From the human T2T-CHM13v2.0 reference genome, Homo sapiens, in NCBI RefSeq assembly GCF_009914755.1, contig NC_060932.1: a DNA stretch of 64,000 bases; one strand, given 5' to 3'. Position numbers and translations under genes: made by a program. Under the pieces are notes generated by a model that was not told the origin of the DNA, ran no database searches, and saw only the letters and a program-made list of their open reading frames with translations. How positions within the stretch are numbered: position 1 is the first letter of the stretch; the number at the start of each line of letters is the position of its first letter. This document shows positions 27,055 through 54,765 of the stretch, one piece after another.

Positions 27055-27691
27055 CTTTAAAGGGATAAAAGTAGGTTAGGCATTTTTTTCTTGTGGCTAT
27101 AATTTTTAAATACCTTCCTGTTCCTAAACTATCAGAAAAAAATATCTTTATCAAGTATTTTTTCCTGAATGTTCTGGTATATCAGAGTTAACATGAAATA
27201 AAAACCGTTTCATATTTCTGCCATTATTATGGTCACTGCTATGGGGGAAAAGTGACAGGGAGTCAATGCTCTTTCTGAATTTGCACTCGAATAAAATCTA
27301 AACTTAAACTACCATTAATACTTCATATTCCAAAATCTGGCCCCAAGCTCTTTCCAGCCTTATTTTTATCATTCTCCTACCAAACCAGACTGTTCCCCAA
27401 ATGCTGTCTTCTTTCCTGCCTTCTTATTTTCTCAGATGTCAACTAAACAGTCTTTTTCTTATCTCATAATATATATGAAGGTGACACAGGAAGAAACACA
27501 GTGAAAGAAAATAACATACACAATACTGATCAAAACAAATATAGTGTACCTTCCCCCTTCCCAGAGAATCTTATTTAATAGGCTAACGTCACCACAATTT
27601 ATTTTCCTTAGCAAAACTAAATGCAGTTAAATTGTAAGCAAAACAAGCCTCTTGAATTAAAGAGCAAGTGAGATCAATGCAAAAAGCTTAC

Positions 27692-27833
27692 CTATTGCTG
27701 CCAAACAAATATCCTAGTATTCCACCAGTTCCCAAGCCTGTCCAGAACCCTGGTCCTGAATTTTCATATCCTTGTTGTCCTGTAAAAGCACTGCCAAAAC
27801 CAGAAGTTGCACCATGGCCAGTATTCTGTGGTC
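27692..27833 (-). CDS. SARAF: SARAF exon 4 (GPQNTGHG...YLFGSN)
   Basis: TTTTAAG acceptor, GTAAG donor, 142 nt, in frame. Confidence 0.95.
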
Positions 27834-28299
27834 CTTAAAATAAAAATGATTTATTATGTATCCTCACTTAAACATGACAGTCTACAAAAGCAAAGATAAT
27901 GTAACATTTCAATTATTTCATCTGTACTGAATTATTAATAATACTCAGGCATCAAGTTATTAACAAGTTGTATTCAAAAAGGTATTTGTAAAATACTGGT
28001 TTATAATGAGGGAGAGCATTTCCCATAGATATGGGAGGAGAGGGATAGATTTTGGGACTGGGGAGGGTCTTGCTATAAAATGACATCTGCCCTGCTCAAT
28101 CAGCTACTAGAAAATCACCCCACTTTTCAGGGTTACTTTCTCTCTGCAGTACAAACTCTAAGTGGAGTCTCTAAGAGCTCCAGATGAGAGCTGTGCCTCA
28201 GTCTCTAACCGAGGAATCCAAGGGGAGGCAGCCAGATATTTATTTGTGTCAGTTGGGAAGTCAGATCTCAAAGGGACCTAAAAAGTATCTTCTGCTCAG

Positions 28300-30488
<2,189 letters not shown>

Positions 30489-30557
30489 TCAGAACCAAGC
30501 ACAGGATGCACTAACCTCACACCCGCTCTATTTATGGCCACTGCGAGGGAAACATAC

Positions 30558-30975
30558 CTGTGAACTCAGACTTAAAGCCTGGGGGAGGAGGTCCTGCTGA
30601 GTTGGTGAATCTCTGGTAACGGTGGGAAAATGGAGGATACTCAGAGTACGGTGGAGGAGAATACTGCCCGTCACTCAGGAACAGCTTATAGACTACAAAG
30701 GCGATCCCAAGGAGTACCACGATGGTAATCAATCCACTCATGTTACAGGAATCCGCCGAGGACCACTTATAATAATAATCAGAGAAAGAGGCAAAGCCGT
30801 GCTGCTTTCCAGACTCCTTCAGTTTCTGCAGGCCAAGTTCTGTATAATCTAAATTATACTCCAAGCCACAAGAACCTCTTAGTACATACTGGTCTTCAGA
30901 GGACTCATAGCCTTCACAGCTCACCACAGTTTTTCCAAATTTGTATGCAATATCTAAGTCCGTCTTACATTCCCA
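30558..30975 (-). CDS. SARAF: SARAF exon 3 (WECKTD...KSEFT; includes TM helix LITIVVLLGIAFVVY)
   Basis: CACAG acceptor, GTATG donor, 418 nt, within ORF 30532..31011. Confidence 0.97.
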
Positions 30976-31043
30976 CTGTGAAGAAAAATAGAAACAGACT
31001 ATTAGAAACAAACATTTTTTTCATTTAATATATGTTACTTGGG

Positions 31044-31335
31044 GGCCGGGCGCAGTGGCTCACACCTGTAATCTCAGCACTTTCGGAGGCCAAGGCGGGT
31101 GGATCACGCGGTCAGGAGTTCAAGACCCGCCTGGCCAAGATGGTGAAACCCCATCTTTATTAAAAATACAAAAATTAGCCAGGCGCAGTGGCAGGCGCCT
31201 ATAATCCCAGCTACTAAGGAGGCTGAGGCAGGAGAATCACTTGAACCTGGGAGGTAGAGGTTGCAGTGAGCTGAGATCGTGATTGCACTCTAGCCTGAGC
31301 AACAGAGCAAGACTCCGTCTCAAGAAAAAAAAAAA
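31044..31335 (+). mobile_element. Alu in SARAF intron 2
   Basis: TSD atgttacttggg on both sides. Confidence 0.92.
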
Positions 31336-31974
31336 TGTTACTTGGGCTATATATCCGTCATAAAATTGCAAAATGAAGCAAGGGAATGATCCGCAAAATT
31401 CACAATGGTAAGTATTCATGTCTAAGGGAAGGAAAATGAGGGGCTTCAAAGATAATGGTGGTATCTGTGTTCTACTTCTTATGCTGGATATTGCGTATAT
31501 GAGTATTCGTTTTATTACTATTCTTTACATATACATGTTATATATCCATCTGAACATATTAAGTATTCTACAATTTATAAAATTTAAGCAAACTGCCAAA
31601 ATGTCAACTTTTTGCCACTGTTGTTCAAGATGCTTTCTTTAAAAATCCAGATTTCTTAAAAGATGTTAAGGCTCAAAACAGCATCATATATGAATGTCTG
31701 GTAGCTACACAAAGCAACAGAGATATTACATAACCTTCAGAGAAAAAAACTTTTCTACACAAATTTTATAAAACCATGGACTAACTTTCCAAGGTCCAAT
31801 TCTATGTAATTCTCTTGTATTTTTTAAAGATATTTAGAAAAATGCAAAAAGAACCCAGGCTAGCCCCAAAAATGTCCACCTTATAAAAAAATATATGCCC
31901 AAGTTTGGTCTAGATTCTATATTTTGTGGTGGAAAAAGCAATATGCTTCTTTAACTCTTAAGATACAAGCTAAA

Positions 31975-32282
31975 GGCCAGGCGCGGTGGTTCATGCTTGT
32001 AATCCCAGCACTTTGGGAGGCCAAGGTGGGCGGATCACCTGAGGTCAGGAGTTCAAGAACAGCCTGGCCAAAATGGCAAAACCCCATCTCTACGAAAAAT
32101 ACAAAAATGAGGTGGGCATGGTGGCAGGCGCCTGTAATCCCAGCTACTTCAAAAATAGAGGCTGAGGCAGGAGAACGACTTGAACCCAGAGGCAGAGGTT
32201 GCAGTGAGCCAAGATCATGTCACTGCACTGTACTCCAGACTGGGTGACAGAGGGAGACTCCGTCTCAAAAAAAATGAAAAAA
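31975..32282 (+). mobile_element. Alu
   Basis: TSD aaga(t/c)acaagctaaa. Confidence 0.9.
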
Positions 32283-32374
32283 GACACAAGCTAAAGTAGA
32301 TTTAATTGGTTCTGTTGCCCTTCTGCAAATTTTTGTACAAATTATTTTCCTCTTTCAAAGTTCACACTATTTTA

Positions 32375-33385
32375 CTTCATTTATAATAGCCTTATTGAAA
32401 TATAATTCACACATACCATACAATTCACCCATTTCAATGGTTTTAGTATATTCACAGTTGTGCTACTGTCACCACAATCAATTTTAGAATATTTTCGTCA
32501 CCCCAAAGAAATATTGTGCCCATTAGCAGTCACTCTCCATTCTCCCGCCGCACACCTCCCAACCAACTTTCTGTCTATATGGATTTCCCTAAATGGACAG
32601 TTCACAGGAATGTAATAATACAATATGTGGTCTTTTGTGACTGGCTTCTTTCACTTAGCATAACATTTTCAAGATTCATCCACGTTGTAGCATGTATTAC
32701 TATTTCACTTTTTTATGGCTAAATAATATTTCTTTGCATGGATATACCACCTTTTATTTATCGTTCATTAGTAATGGACATTTGAATTGTTTCTACTTTT
32801 TGGCTATTATGAATAATGCTGCTATGTATATTTGTATGCAAGTTTTTGTGTGGACATGTGTTTTCAATTCTCTTGGGTGTATATACCTTGGAGTGGAATG
32901 ACTGAGGCATACATGGTAACTCTACATTTAAACTTTTGAGGAACTGCCAATTTTCCAAAGCAGCTGGACCATTTCACATTCCCAACAGCAGTGTATGAGG
33001 GTTCCAATTTCTCGACATCCTCACCAGCCTTGTTATCTTTTTTATTATAGCCTTCCTACTGAGTGTGAAGTGGTATCTTACTGTGGCTTTGATTTGCATT
33101 TCTCTGATGGCTAATAATAAGGAACACTTTTCATGTGCTTATTTATTACTTATATATCTTCCTTGTAGAAATGTCTATTCAGATGCTCTGCCATTTTTAC
33201 CTTGGTTGTTTTCTTACTGAGTTGTAAGAGTTATTTTATATTCTAAATACAAGTCCCTCACCAATTATGATTTGCTAAGCTTCCTCCCATTCTGTAGGTT
33301 GTCTTTTCACTTTCTTGATGATGTCCTTTGATAGTCAAAAGTTTTTCATTTGGATAAGATGCAGTTTTTCTTTTGTTGCTGTTAC
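32375..33385 (-). mobile_element. L1MB-like 3' fragment
   Basis: ttattgaaatataattcacatacc...gtgactggcttctttcacttagcataac. Confidence 0.8.
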
Positions 33386-34793
33386 TACACTGTTTTTAAA
33401 ATAATTTTATTTGGAGGAAGATTCATAGGTTTGTTGACTTAGGTAAATAAAACAAGCTAAACTTGTATTGGTATTTCATGTTAACTACCACTTCCTTAAT
33501 CGTGCGTACTTACAAGTAGCTTCTAAGTACTGTATTTAAATTTCAACTCTTGGAATAGAAGGAGTTTCTGTCCTGCTACTAAATGGCCTCTCTCCTGCTA
33601 CTAAACATAAGCCAATGTATGATATGCTCAACACTCCTTTGCTCATGCTATTCCCTTCTCTAGCCTTTCCTCTCTAAAAATGTTATCATTCCTTCCTAAC
33701 ACAGCACAAATGTCTCATCCTTTAAGTCCCAATGGCTCCAACCAGACGTGACTTTATAATGTTGTGTTGGGACCTACATGTAATCTGAGTGCCTGTCTTA
33801 CCTCTTCTACTAGTAAGACAGTTTCTTCATTCTACCTTATTCATTTTTGTATATTGCAATTAATACATGTTTAATGAATGACATCACCATTACTGCCTTT
33901 TTTTCCCATCAAGACTCTAAAAGTCATAAGTAAAGTGGAGTGAGACTTCTGCTATAACCCAGAGAATTCTATGATTCAACTTAGCAGTACTGGGGGAAAA
34001 TATTGTGAAGTAAGTATCACCCAGTACACATCAACTTCCTCTCTGAATTGCAAAGACCACGCATAAAGGTTGTATCAAACAAGAATATCATTCTGATGGA
34101 GAGGGGAAATCGTCAACATAAGTTTCTTGCCTTGTGACCAGTCGTCTTAAATCAATTTTGAAAGCAGTCAGAATACAAAGTAGAAATATGTAACTAGTGA
34201 TTTAAACTGAATTCATTTAATAAAATCTATCTCTAAAGCATATTCAGTTTTGGAACTTCAAGGAGATGCTCTGCTCGTATACAAAACACCAGCGTCCCAA
34301 AGGCAATCAATGAAACCTGCCAAAATGCTTCCTTTCAAAAGTAACCACCCTCAGTTCTAAGACAATTTTAAAATCAAGTGCTAGAAGCACAATAGAGATA
34401 TATGAACCCCTACTATTTACGATCTATAATTCCTAATTATCTTAACTTTGTCTTAAGGGTAGGTTGGTATTCTTTGAGGAACGACAGGAAAATGACAACC
34501 ATAAGATATCCCCTATCCCTCACCCTCAAGTATATAAAAAGTTGTGAAAATTTACAAATATCTTAGAAGGAGGTCACGATACAAAAACTAAAATGAGTAT
34601 TTTCAGGCTTTAAAATCAGTTCATTTCTTTTGGAGGCCATTTCTTCCACAGGAAGAGTGATTGATTTACTTACATATTTTAGGCTGATCTGAGATTTCCG
34701 TAGGTGCACCCTCAAAAGACTGAATAATGTCCCAATAAACAATTTACTGAATAAAAACCCCATTTAGACTGCCATCACTGTAGTGGATATTAC

Positions 34794-34972
34794 CTGTACA
34801 TCATACCCATCCCAGCCTTTGTTCTGACACTGTATGACTTTTGGGGTATAAGAATCACAACCAGCTGTGCCTCCAACACATTTCAACTGTGGGATGGGAT
34901 CCAGCCTGCGGGAGGTGGTATAGCGGTCATAGTGGAGGGTAAGAGCTTTTACATCCCGCAGCAACATTCTGT
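34794..34972 (-). CDS. SARAF: SARAF exon 2 (DRMLLRDVK...GYDVQ, luminal domain)
   Basis: TTTCAG acceptor, GTAATA donor, 179 nt, keeps frame with exon 1. Confidence 0.97.
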
Positions 34973-35935
34973 CTGAAACAGCAAGAAAACAGAGGAACAC
35001 AAAGTAAGTATCGTGTCAGAGAAAGAAAGGTTCATCCTAACGAAACTCTCGTCATAGGAAATGCCTTTCTTGCCTTCTGAGGATGGCTAAGAGAGGATGA
35101 ATCTATTTCTCAAAACTATCCCAACAACATTCAGGCCTTCTGAACAAAATTCAGGTCACACTTTTAAGATCTCCCTGCATTTCAGGCCAGATGCTTCTAC
35201 AGCACAAGTTGTACATCATTTTTGCTAAATCAAAAGAACAAAAAGTTCATTAACCTGAAACATTGTACTACTGTGTAATAATAATAGTGGTTAATTAAAA
35301 TGGCAAGAATATAAGCATGTTCCTGAAGCACATTTAATGCTTTAAATGTCCATCAACAGGTGAAGAAATTAACACATTCTGACCTATTACAGTGGAATAT
35401 TACATAGCAGTTAAAATGAGTGAACTAGAATTCATGTATCAAACTAGATAGATGGCAAAAACATTTTAAACAAAATACAAGTTGCAGAATGTTTTGTATG
35501 ACAGCTTTACATAAACCTTTAAAAAAGGCAAAACAGTACTACATACTGTTAATGTCTATATATGTATATAATAACAACATGAAAACATGTATGGGAAGGA
35601 TTTAACACCAAATTCAAATAAGTATCTAGTCTAGGGAGAGAGAAAGAAAAGAGATTTTAGCTCTATTCCTAATGTTTTATTACTAGGAGTGGGGGATTTG
35701 TAGCAAATATGGCAAAATATAAAGATTCAATAAAACTGGGTGATGACTATGTGTAGGTTCATTGTACACTTCTGTATGTTTAAATACTTTAGGTATTTCA
35801 TAATTTTAAAAATCAAAACTATTTAAACTATTTCACAAACTAAAAAATTTAAAACATACTGACAAGAGACTTTGAAAGGAGGAGTCAAAACAATAAAATT
35901 ATGTCTGGCATTCATGTGCAAAAATGAAATTTTTA

Positions 35936-36232
<297 letters not shown>

Positions 36233-36895
36233 TGAATTTCTATGCATTATTGGAAAATAAGGACAAAGTCTTCCTATTTATCATGTTGTGGATTATTGAT
36301 GGAAGATGCTGTGGATTGGCTCAGTCAACATCCACTTCACCCTCAAACAGGTATGCCTTCCTGCAAAGCAAAAGGAATCCCAAAACCTCTTGCAGCTATA
36401 GTTGCCAAAAGCAATTTCAGTTCTGCCAACCAGAGGGACTCGAGCAAAATCTGGAAAGCAGACCCTAGACTTATACAGTGCTCTGTCCTTCAGCTAGTAA
36501 ACACAGGCATGGAGACCATGAGTTTTCAAACTGATAGTATCCTCTAATCAGCTTCCTGGCTGTCATGAAGCTTGACATGAACAATCTATTTTTCAATGTG
36601 GCAGATGTAATAGGCATCGCTTTCTACCATTTTGTGAGTACCCAATTCCCTATATTCAACCTGTCAGATTAGCAGAATTTGCAGCCTCCCAAAATTCTAC
36701 TAAAACTATAATAAATACATTGTTTTGATGATGTGAATGACTGTGGTCAGGTAAAACGAAAGAGGAGATGACAGCAGAATTTTGGAAGGAGAAAGTAAAT
36801 GGACTAGTGGTAGATGACTAGACCTAAGTGAAAGACAAATGCCAGAACAGCAAAGGGGGAAACTGAGAATCAACCTGATGTACATAACAGAATCC

Positions 36896-36928
<33 letters not shown>

Positions 36929-37486
36929 GGGAAATGGCAGCTCTGGAATGGGAGATGCCTGGAATACACACTACAGGGTGAAAGCTACTTGAGAGGAAGC
37001 CATATTCCCAGATCCTCTCCCCAACTCCACACTGTTCTAACTCCCTCTTCCCCACTAAGGAAACTGTCTGGAGATGTATTCTCTGGAGAGGATAAAACTG
37101 AAGGGATTTGCATTGGGGACCATCTGGCATAGTAAAGGCCATGGGGACAAAAACAACCAAACAGGGAACCCAAGTGACTGTGTGCACTCTGACTGCTGAA
37201 AGCACAGTTCTCCTTCCCCACATGGTGCACAAAATGCTAACAGCCATCCCCTTGTCCTCTGTGGGAGACTGGATGACTATTCCCTTGGTAATCTAACCAA
37301 GAAGAAGTACCTAAATACACTGACATCAGGAACTTCCTCCAAAAAAGAGCAACCTAGGTCACCCTGTTGTGAAGTTCAAAATCAAAAGTGCAACTGCACA
37401 CTGATAGCTTCCAATGAGCTTTTTGGTTCCCCAGAGTTAACCATGAGCAGGGAGCCAAGGATTACTAAAAATATGAGGAAAGTCCC

Positions 37487-37856
37487 TGCTATGGTTTGAA
37501 TGTGTCCCCCAAAGTTCACATGTTGGAAACTTAATCCCCAATGCAACAGTGTTGAAAGATGGAATCTTTAAGAGGGCTCTGCCCTCATGAATAGATTAAT
37601 GCTGTTCTTGCAGGACTGGGTTAGTTATCGCAGGAGTGGACTCCTGATAAAAGGATGAGTTAGGCCCCTTTCCCCTCTCTCACTCTCTCCCTTCTGCCTT
37701 CCACCATGGGATGACACAGCAAGAAGGCCCTCACCAGATGCTAGCACCTTAATATTGAACTTCTCAGCCTCCAGAACTGTGAGAAATGAATTCAGTTTTT
37801 TAATAAATTTCCCAGTCTGTGGTATTGTGTTACAGTAACATTAAACAGACAAAACA
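37487..37856 (+). mobile_element. MST-type MaLR LTR
   Basis: tgctatggtttgaatgtgtcccc...cccagtctgtggtattgtgttacag. Confidence 0.8.
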
Positions 37857-38090
37857 GCCCCTAACATGAAATACAGCAACCAGGACAAAACAACAACAAA
37901 AGGAAGCAGGAGGAAAAAAGAGATGACGCACAAGAAGAAAACTTTTTTAAAAACACTGTAATATCCTCAGAGAGATAAGAGAAAAAGACTGCGTTAATAA
38001 AACAATCATTTTTAAAAGGGATACTCAGAGAAAAAACAAGAGCTTTTGGAAATTAAAAACAGGACAGCCAAGATTAAAAACAACAGAACT

Positions 38091-43268
<5,178 letters not shown>

Positions 43269-43279
43269 AGTGCAATCTG

Positions 43280-44340
43280 CGATTCTGCTAACAGACCTGC
43301 GAGGTCTGCAGCCCTGTCCGCTAAGGGTGACTCAGAGACTGCCAGTGGCAGGCAACGGCCGGCGATAGCAACAGGCAGCCATGACAACAGCAGGCCACGA
43401 TGACATCACACAGCCATAACAACAAAGCAGATGCGCAGGTGAGTGTCCAGCTCTCCAGTTATACTCAGAGATGAGAAAGACGACAATGGGCAAATTCCGG
43501 GAGTCCGGGGCAGGGAGAAAGGGGACCTTAAGGATCTCCAGCCGTCCCGCCCCGCCCACTCGAGCAGTCCCTACCCGCCTCCCAAGACGCCTGGGAAGAG
43601 CAGTGGAACCAGGGAGAGCACGAACAGCAAAGAGGTCAGACATGGGGAATCCGGGCACCCAGGCTCCGGGGAGACGGCGCACGGAAACGCAGGGGAGCCT
43701 GCACCGGCTGACGGCGGCGGAAAAGGGCGAACGAAGCGCCTGAGGGCCCTGGCAGCACTCACCAGGGTCGTTCCAGCCCAGGGCAGGGCCCGCGGTCAGC
43801 AGAAACAAATGCAAGCCGAGGAGCAAGCAGTACCCGGCCGCTCCCGGCCCGCAGGCTGCGGCCATGGCGCTCGATGAAGATGGCGCCGGGCTGCCAGACG
43901 CCTACGGGCCGAACCTGGGTGCGGTAGCGCGCGCGACGCTGCGCAGCTACACCGCTACCCCTGGCGGCGGCGAAGGAACGGCCCGACTGCAGAGCTGCAG
44001 CCGCAACGGATCCGTGCGCCAACCCTACGTCACTGCCGCTGCGGCCCGTGGGGCTCAGTGAGTGGCCGCCGTGGGCCCCCGCCCCTGGAGCACAGCGCGG
44101 CTTGGGGCGGGGCGAGGCGGTGTGGGCGGGGCCAAGGGCCTGGGGAGGCACGGCTGGAGGCGGGTTGGAGGCGTGGCGCCGCGGTGTGGGCGGGGCCGAG
44201 GGCCTGTCGCCGCCGCGCCCGCGGGCGGGGCGAGGGCAGCGCGCAGCTTTGTTGTGTCTCGTCTGAGATTCGGGAAGCTTCTGTGCGTAGGCGATGCAGT
44301 TTGAGAGGCTGAAAACGTCACGACGCGAAATCTAAGAAAT
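43280..44340 (-). promoter_or_regulatory. SARAF CpG-island promoter
   Basis: High CpG/GC, multiple GGGCGG boxes 44105-44230, YY1-like AAGATGGCG at ~43877, CRE-like ACGTCAC at ~44027 and ~44315. Confidence 0.85.
43763..43865 (-). CDS. SARAF: SARAF coding exon 1 (signal peptide, MAAACGPG...WNDP)
   Basis: ATG in GCGCCATGG context at 43865; 103 nt to a GTGAGT donor at 43762; translation matches the known SARAF N-terminus. Confidence 0.97.
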
Positions 44341-44669
44341 GTAGTCAAATTATGTATTATTAAAACCTCAATAATTGTACCAAGGGTAGTTCTGTGCTTT
44401 ATTCAGCTCTATGTGTTCAGCACTTAGCATAGCGCTTGGTACATGGTCAGTGTTCTATGACTGGTTGCTAAATACAGAGAAGATTCAAGCGAAAAGTAAC
44501 AGGGAAATACATTGTCTGGTTTCAAGGCTCAGAACCTTTACATGGTTCCTTGAGCATGGAGGCCGGAAGACTATAAAATGTCAAGAGGAGAAAATATCGT
44601 CTGAATGAAGAACCAGCCAGAGAAAACAGTTCTCTGGGCTTTTGAGGTCTAGCAGGCTTGGGTTTCTTT

Positions 44670-48402
<3,733 letters not shown>

Positions 48403-48877
48403 TTAAATGAGATGAATGCTAAAGCACCAGGCACATAGCACCTGCTGAAAAAGTAAGAATTCCCTTCCTCTCATCCACATTCTCATCTCCACCATTTAAC
48501 TTTGGAGAATGGAAAACCATCCATATAAGAAGTATTGAAACTGAAAGGTAACACTAATTAGCTATTACATAACAATAGAGAACATTTAAAGGATATGACA
48601 TTAACTAGCATTTAGGGTTCCCTTGGAAAACTGGTGGAGAAAACTGACATTCTACCTTTTTTCCGACAATGACTTTCAAGCTTTGCTTTAGTTTGCACAG
48701 GAATTGTTTGAGATTCTTGTTAACTTTTCAGATTCCGGGCTTTACCCACAAGAGTTCTAAATTCAGAAGGTCGGGAGTAGCAGTCAAGAATTTGGAAGGC
48801 ATCCCAAAGTATTCTGCTTTAGGTGGTCCTTGAAATACAACATTTAGACACACTGTTTTTAAGGTCTCAAGTGACTG

Positions 48878-50151
48878 TGAGAGGTGACAACGTGCTAGCA
48901 GCCCTCGCTCACTCTCGGCGCCTCCTCAGCCAGGACGTCCGCTCTGGCCGCGCTGGAGGAGCCCTTCAGCCTGCCGCTGCGCTGTGGGGGTCCCTCTCTG
49001 GGGCTGGCCGAGGCCGGAGCCGGCTCCCTCTGCTCCCGGAGAAGTGTGGAGGGAGAGGCGCGGGCGGAACCCGGGGCTGCGCCCGGCGCTCACCGCTCGC
49101 GGGCCGGCGCAGGTTCCGGGTGGGCGCGGGCTCCACGGGCCCAGCACTCAGCGCAGCTGGCCGGCGCCTGCTGGGCTTGATCAGAGGCTGGGTCCCGTGC
49201 GTGCACCGCCATTCCCTCTTCGCAGGGTCGTTGGCCAGAATGGCGGGTCTCCCTCTCTTTCTCGCTTCCCCTCTTTTCCTCTTGGTTGTCTGGGACAAGC
49301 TCCTTCTGGGCTACTGGAGCACCCGGGGTAAGTGCCGCAAAATCCCGCGAAGAGCGCCAGTGAGAGGTGAAGCCGGCTGGGCTTCTGGGACCGGTGGGGA
49401 CTTGGAGAGCTTTCTGTCTAGTTAAAGGGCTGTAAATGCACCAATCAGCACTCTGTGTCTAGCTAAAGGTTTGTAAACACAACAATCAGCCTCTGTGTCT
49501 AGCTAATCGGGTGGGGACTTGGAGAACTTTTGTGTCTAGCTAAAGGATTGTAAACGCACCAATCAGCACTCTGTGTAGCTAAAGGTTTGTAAATGCACCA
49601 ATCAGCACTCTGTCAAAACGGACCAATCAGCTCTCTGTAAAATGGACCAATCAGCAGGATGTGGGTGGGGCCAGATAAGGGAATAAAGAAAGGCCACCAG
49701 AGCAGCAGCGGCAATCCGCTGGGGTCCCCTTCCTGGGTGTGGAAGCTTTCTTATTTTGCTTTTTGCAATAAATGCTGCTGCTACTCACTGTTTGGATTTG
49801 TGCTGCCTTTATGAGCTGTAACACTCATAGCGAAGGTCTGCGGCTTCATTCCTGAAGCCAGCGAGACCACGAACCCACTGGGAAGAACAAACAATTCCAG
49901 ACGGGAGGAACGAATAGCTTTGGACGCGCCACCTTTAAGAGCTGTAACACTCACTGCGAAGGTCTGTGGCTTCACTCCTGAAGTCAGCGAGACCACGAAC
50001 CCACCAGAAGGAAGAAACTCCGGACATGTCCGAACATCAGAAGGAACAAACTCCGGACCCACCGTCTTTAAGAACTGTAACACTCACCGTGAGGGTCCAC
50101 AGCTTCATTCTTGAAGTCAGTGAAACCAAGAACCCACCAATTCCGGACACA
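48878..50151 (+). mobile_element. Solo LTR12-family (HERV9) LTR
   Basis: Starts TGAGAGGTGACAACGTGCT, ends CCAATTCCGGACACA; 4-bp TSD ACTG (48874-77 / 50152-55); tandem CCAATCAG boxes. Confidence 0.93.
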
Positions 50152-50334
50152 ACTGGTCCCTAGACCAGTAAACCAAAAATGGTCCTTAGAGTGATGAGTG
50201 TTTTTGTGCTGGAAACACTGAATCTCATGGGAAAGATAAGGAGCACAATCTCTCAGGATTCTGTGACCATGGGAGAAAAGAATGTAGATTCCTGTAACCT
50301 GATGAGTAATCCCAGTTGCCCATGAATGTTGTCA

Positions 50335-50714
<380 letters not shown>

Positions 50715-50723
50715 TTATCCTAC

Positions 50724-51706
<983 letters not shown>

Positions 51707-52476
51707 GAACAAAACAAGAAAAGGTGTTGTGGTAGGTGACATGTGGGATGGAATTATTCACTTCTCCAGGAATTCCACCTATCCATTCAAGATGGCTGGG
51801 GAGAAGGACGTATATGCCTGCTTCAGTAGTTTAGAGAAAGGAGCTGGTGGCTCACAGATTCCGTGTAAACAGCGTGTATTTCCATGGCATATGTTCAAGT
51901 GTGCCTTGTGGTTTTGTTACCACATCCTTAAATGGAAACTTTTTTCATGATACAGGAAAGAGATGGTAGATCTTTCTGCACTAACTTGAACAGAAAAAAA
52001 TTCTACTCTCCTACAAAACACCCATAGACTCATTTGGTGCATTAAGACTCAAGAAGTGACCTGTTTGTTGTTGTTGTTGTTGTTGTTTAAATTGTAATTC
52101 AACTCTAGAAATAGTAGAGAGAAGCGAAGTGGGTAATGCCTCAAGCTTCCCATTTACTCTCATTTTAAAGCATATTGGAAATATCTCTTCTAAACATTCA
52201 CTCCACAGTCTTACATGCCACTTTATGTTAGTCTGATGACTGAAAAAAAGTTAAAAATTCAAATCGTACGTAGCTCACCCCCACCTACTTCCTTTTAAAA
52301 CCTTCAAAAGATTTTTATTGCTCAGAGAGAAAACCCAAAACTGCTTGTGTACGTCCCTACTATATAAGCATGCTGCCCCACCCCAACCTTGACCAACCCC
52401 ATTGGCCACCTCTCTTTTCTCCAAGGGACCAAGCAAGTTCCTTGCTCCATTTGCTGCCAAAGCTCCTAACTCCCCA

Positions 52477-52929
52477 CCACACATACATACATGCGCGCAC
52501 GCAAACACACAAACACACAAAAACACAACACACAAAACACACACAAACACACATGCACAAACACACGCACACACACAAACATGCATACACACGCAAACGT
52601 GCACATACAAACACGCAAACACATGCAGGCACACACAAACACGCCCACAACACAGACACGCACGCACACAAACACACATGCACGCACAAACGCATACACA
52701 GACACGCACACAAACGCACGCACAGACAAACGCACACACACAACACCCAAACACGCACAAGGACGCACACACACGCACACACAAATACCCATGCACACGC
52801 AAACACGTACACAAACACATACACACAAACACGCACAAACACATGCATGCACACACACATGCAGGCACACACAAACACAAACACGCACACACACAAACAC
52901 ACGCAAACACACACACACAAACAACACAC
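52477..52929. repeat. Degenerate (CA)/(CACG)/(CAAA) low-complexity tract
   Basis: Directly visible. Confidence 0.95.
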
Positions 52930-53064
52930 CCCGCCACCTGCGATGGCTTTTCCGTTCTCTATTAACACATTTATTCATCACTGTGTTGTCTCTCCTTGGG
53001 GGAAATTTTCCTTGGCAGATCGCAATCAAAAGTTTTCAGAGAACTATTTACCCATCTTTCCTAG

Positions 53065-54765
<1,701 letters not shown>

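Noticed and set aside
43443-44348. Several 65-144 aa ORFs around SARAF exon 1
   Set aside because: CpG-island artefacts; only 43763-43865 fits the spliced SARAF frame
48823-49425. 200-aa ORF
   Set aside because: Lies within the GC-rich U3 of LTR12
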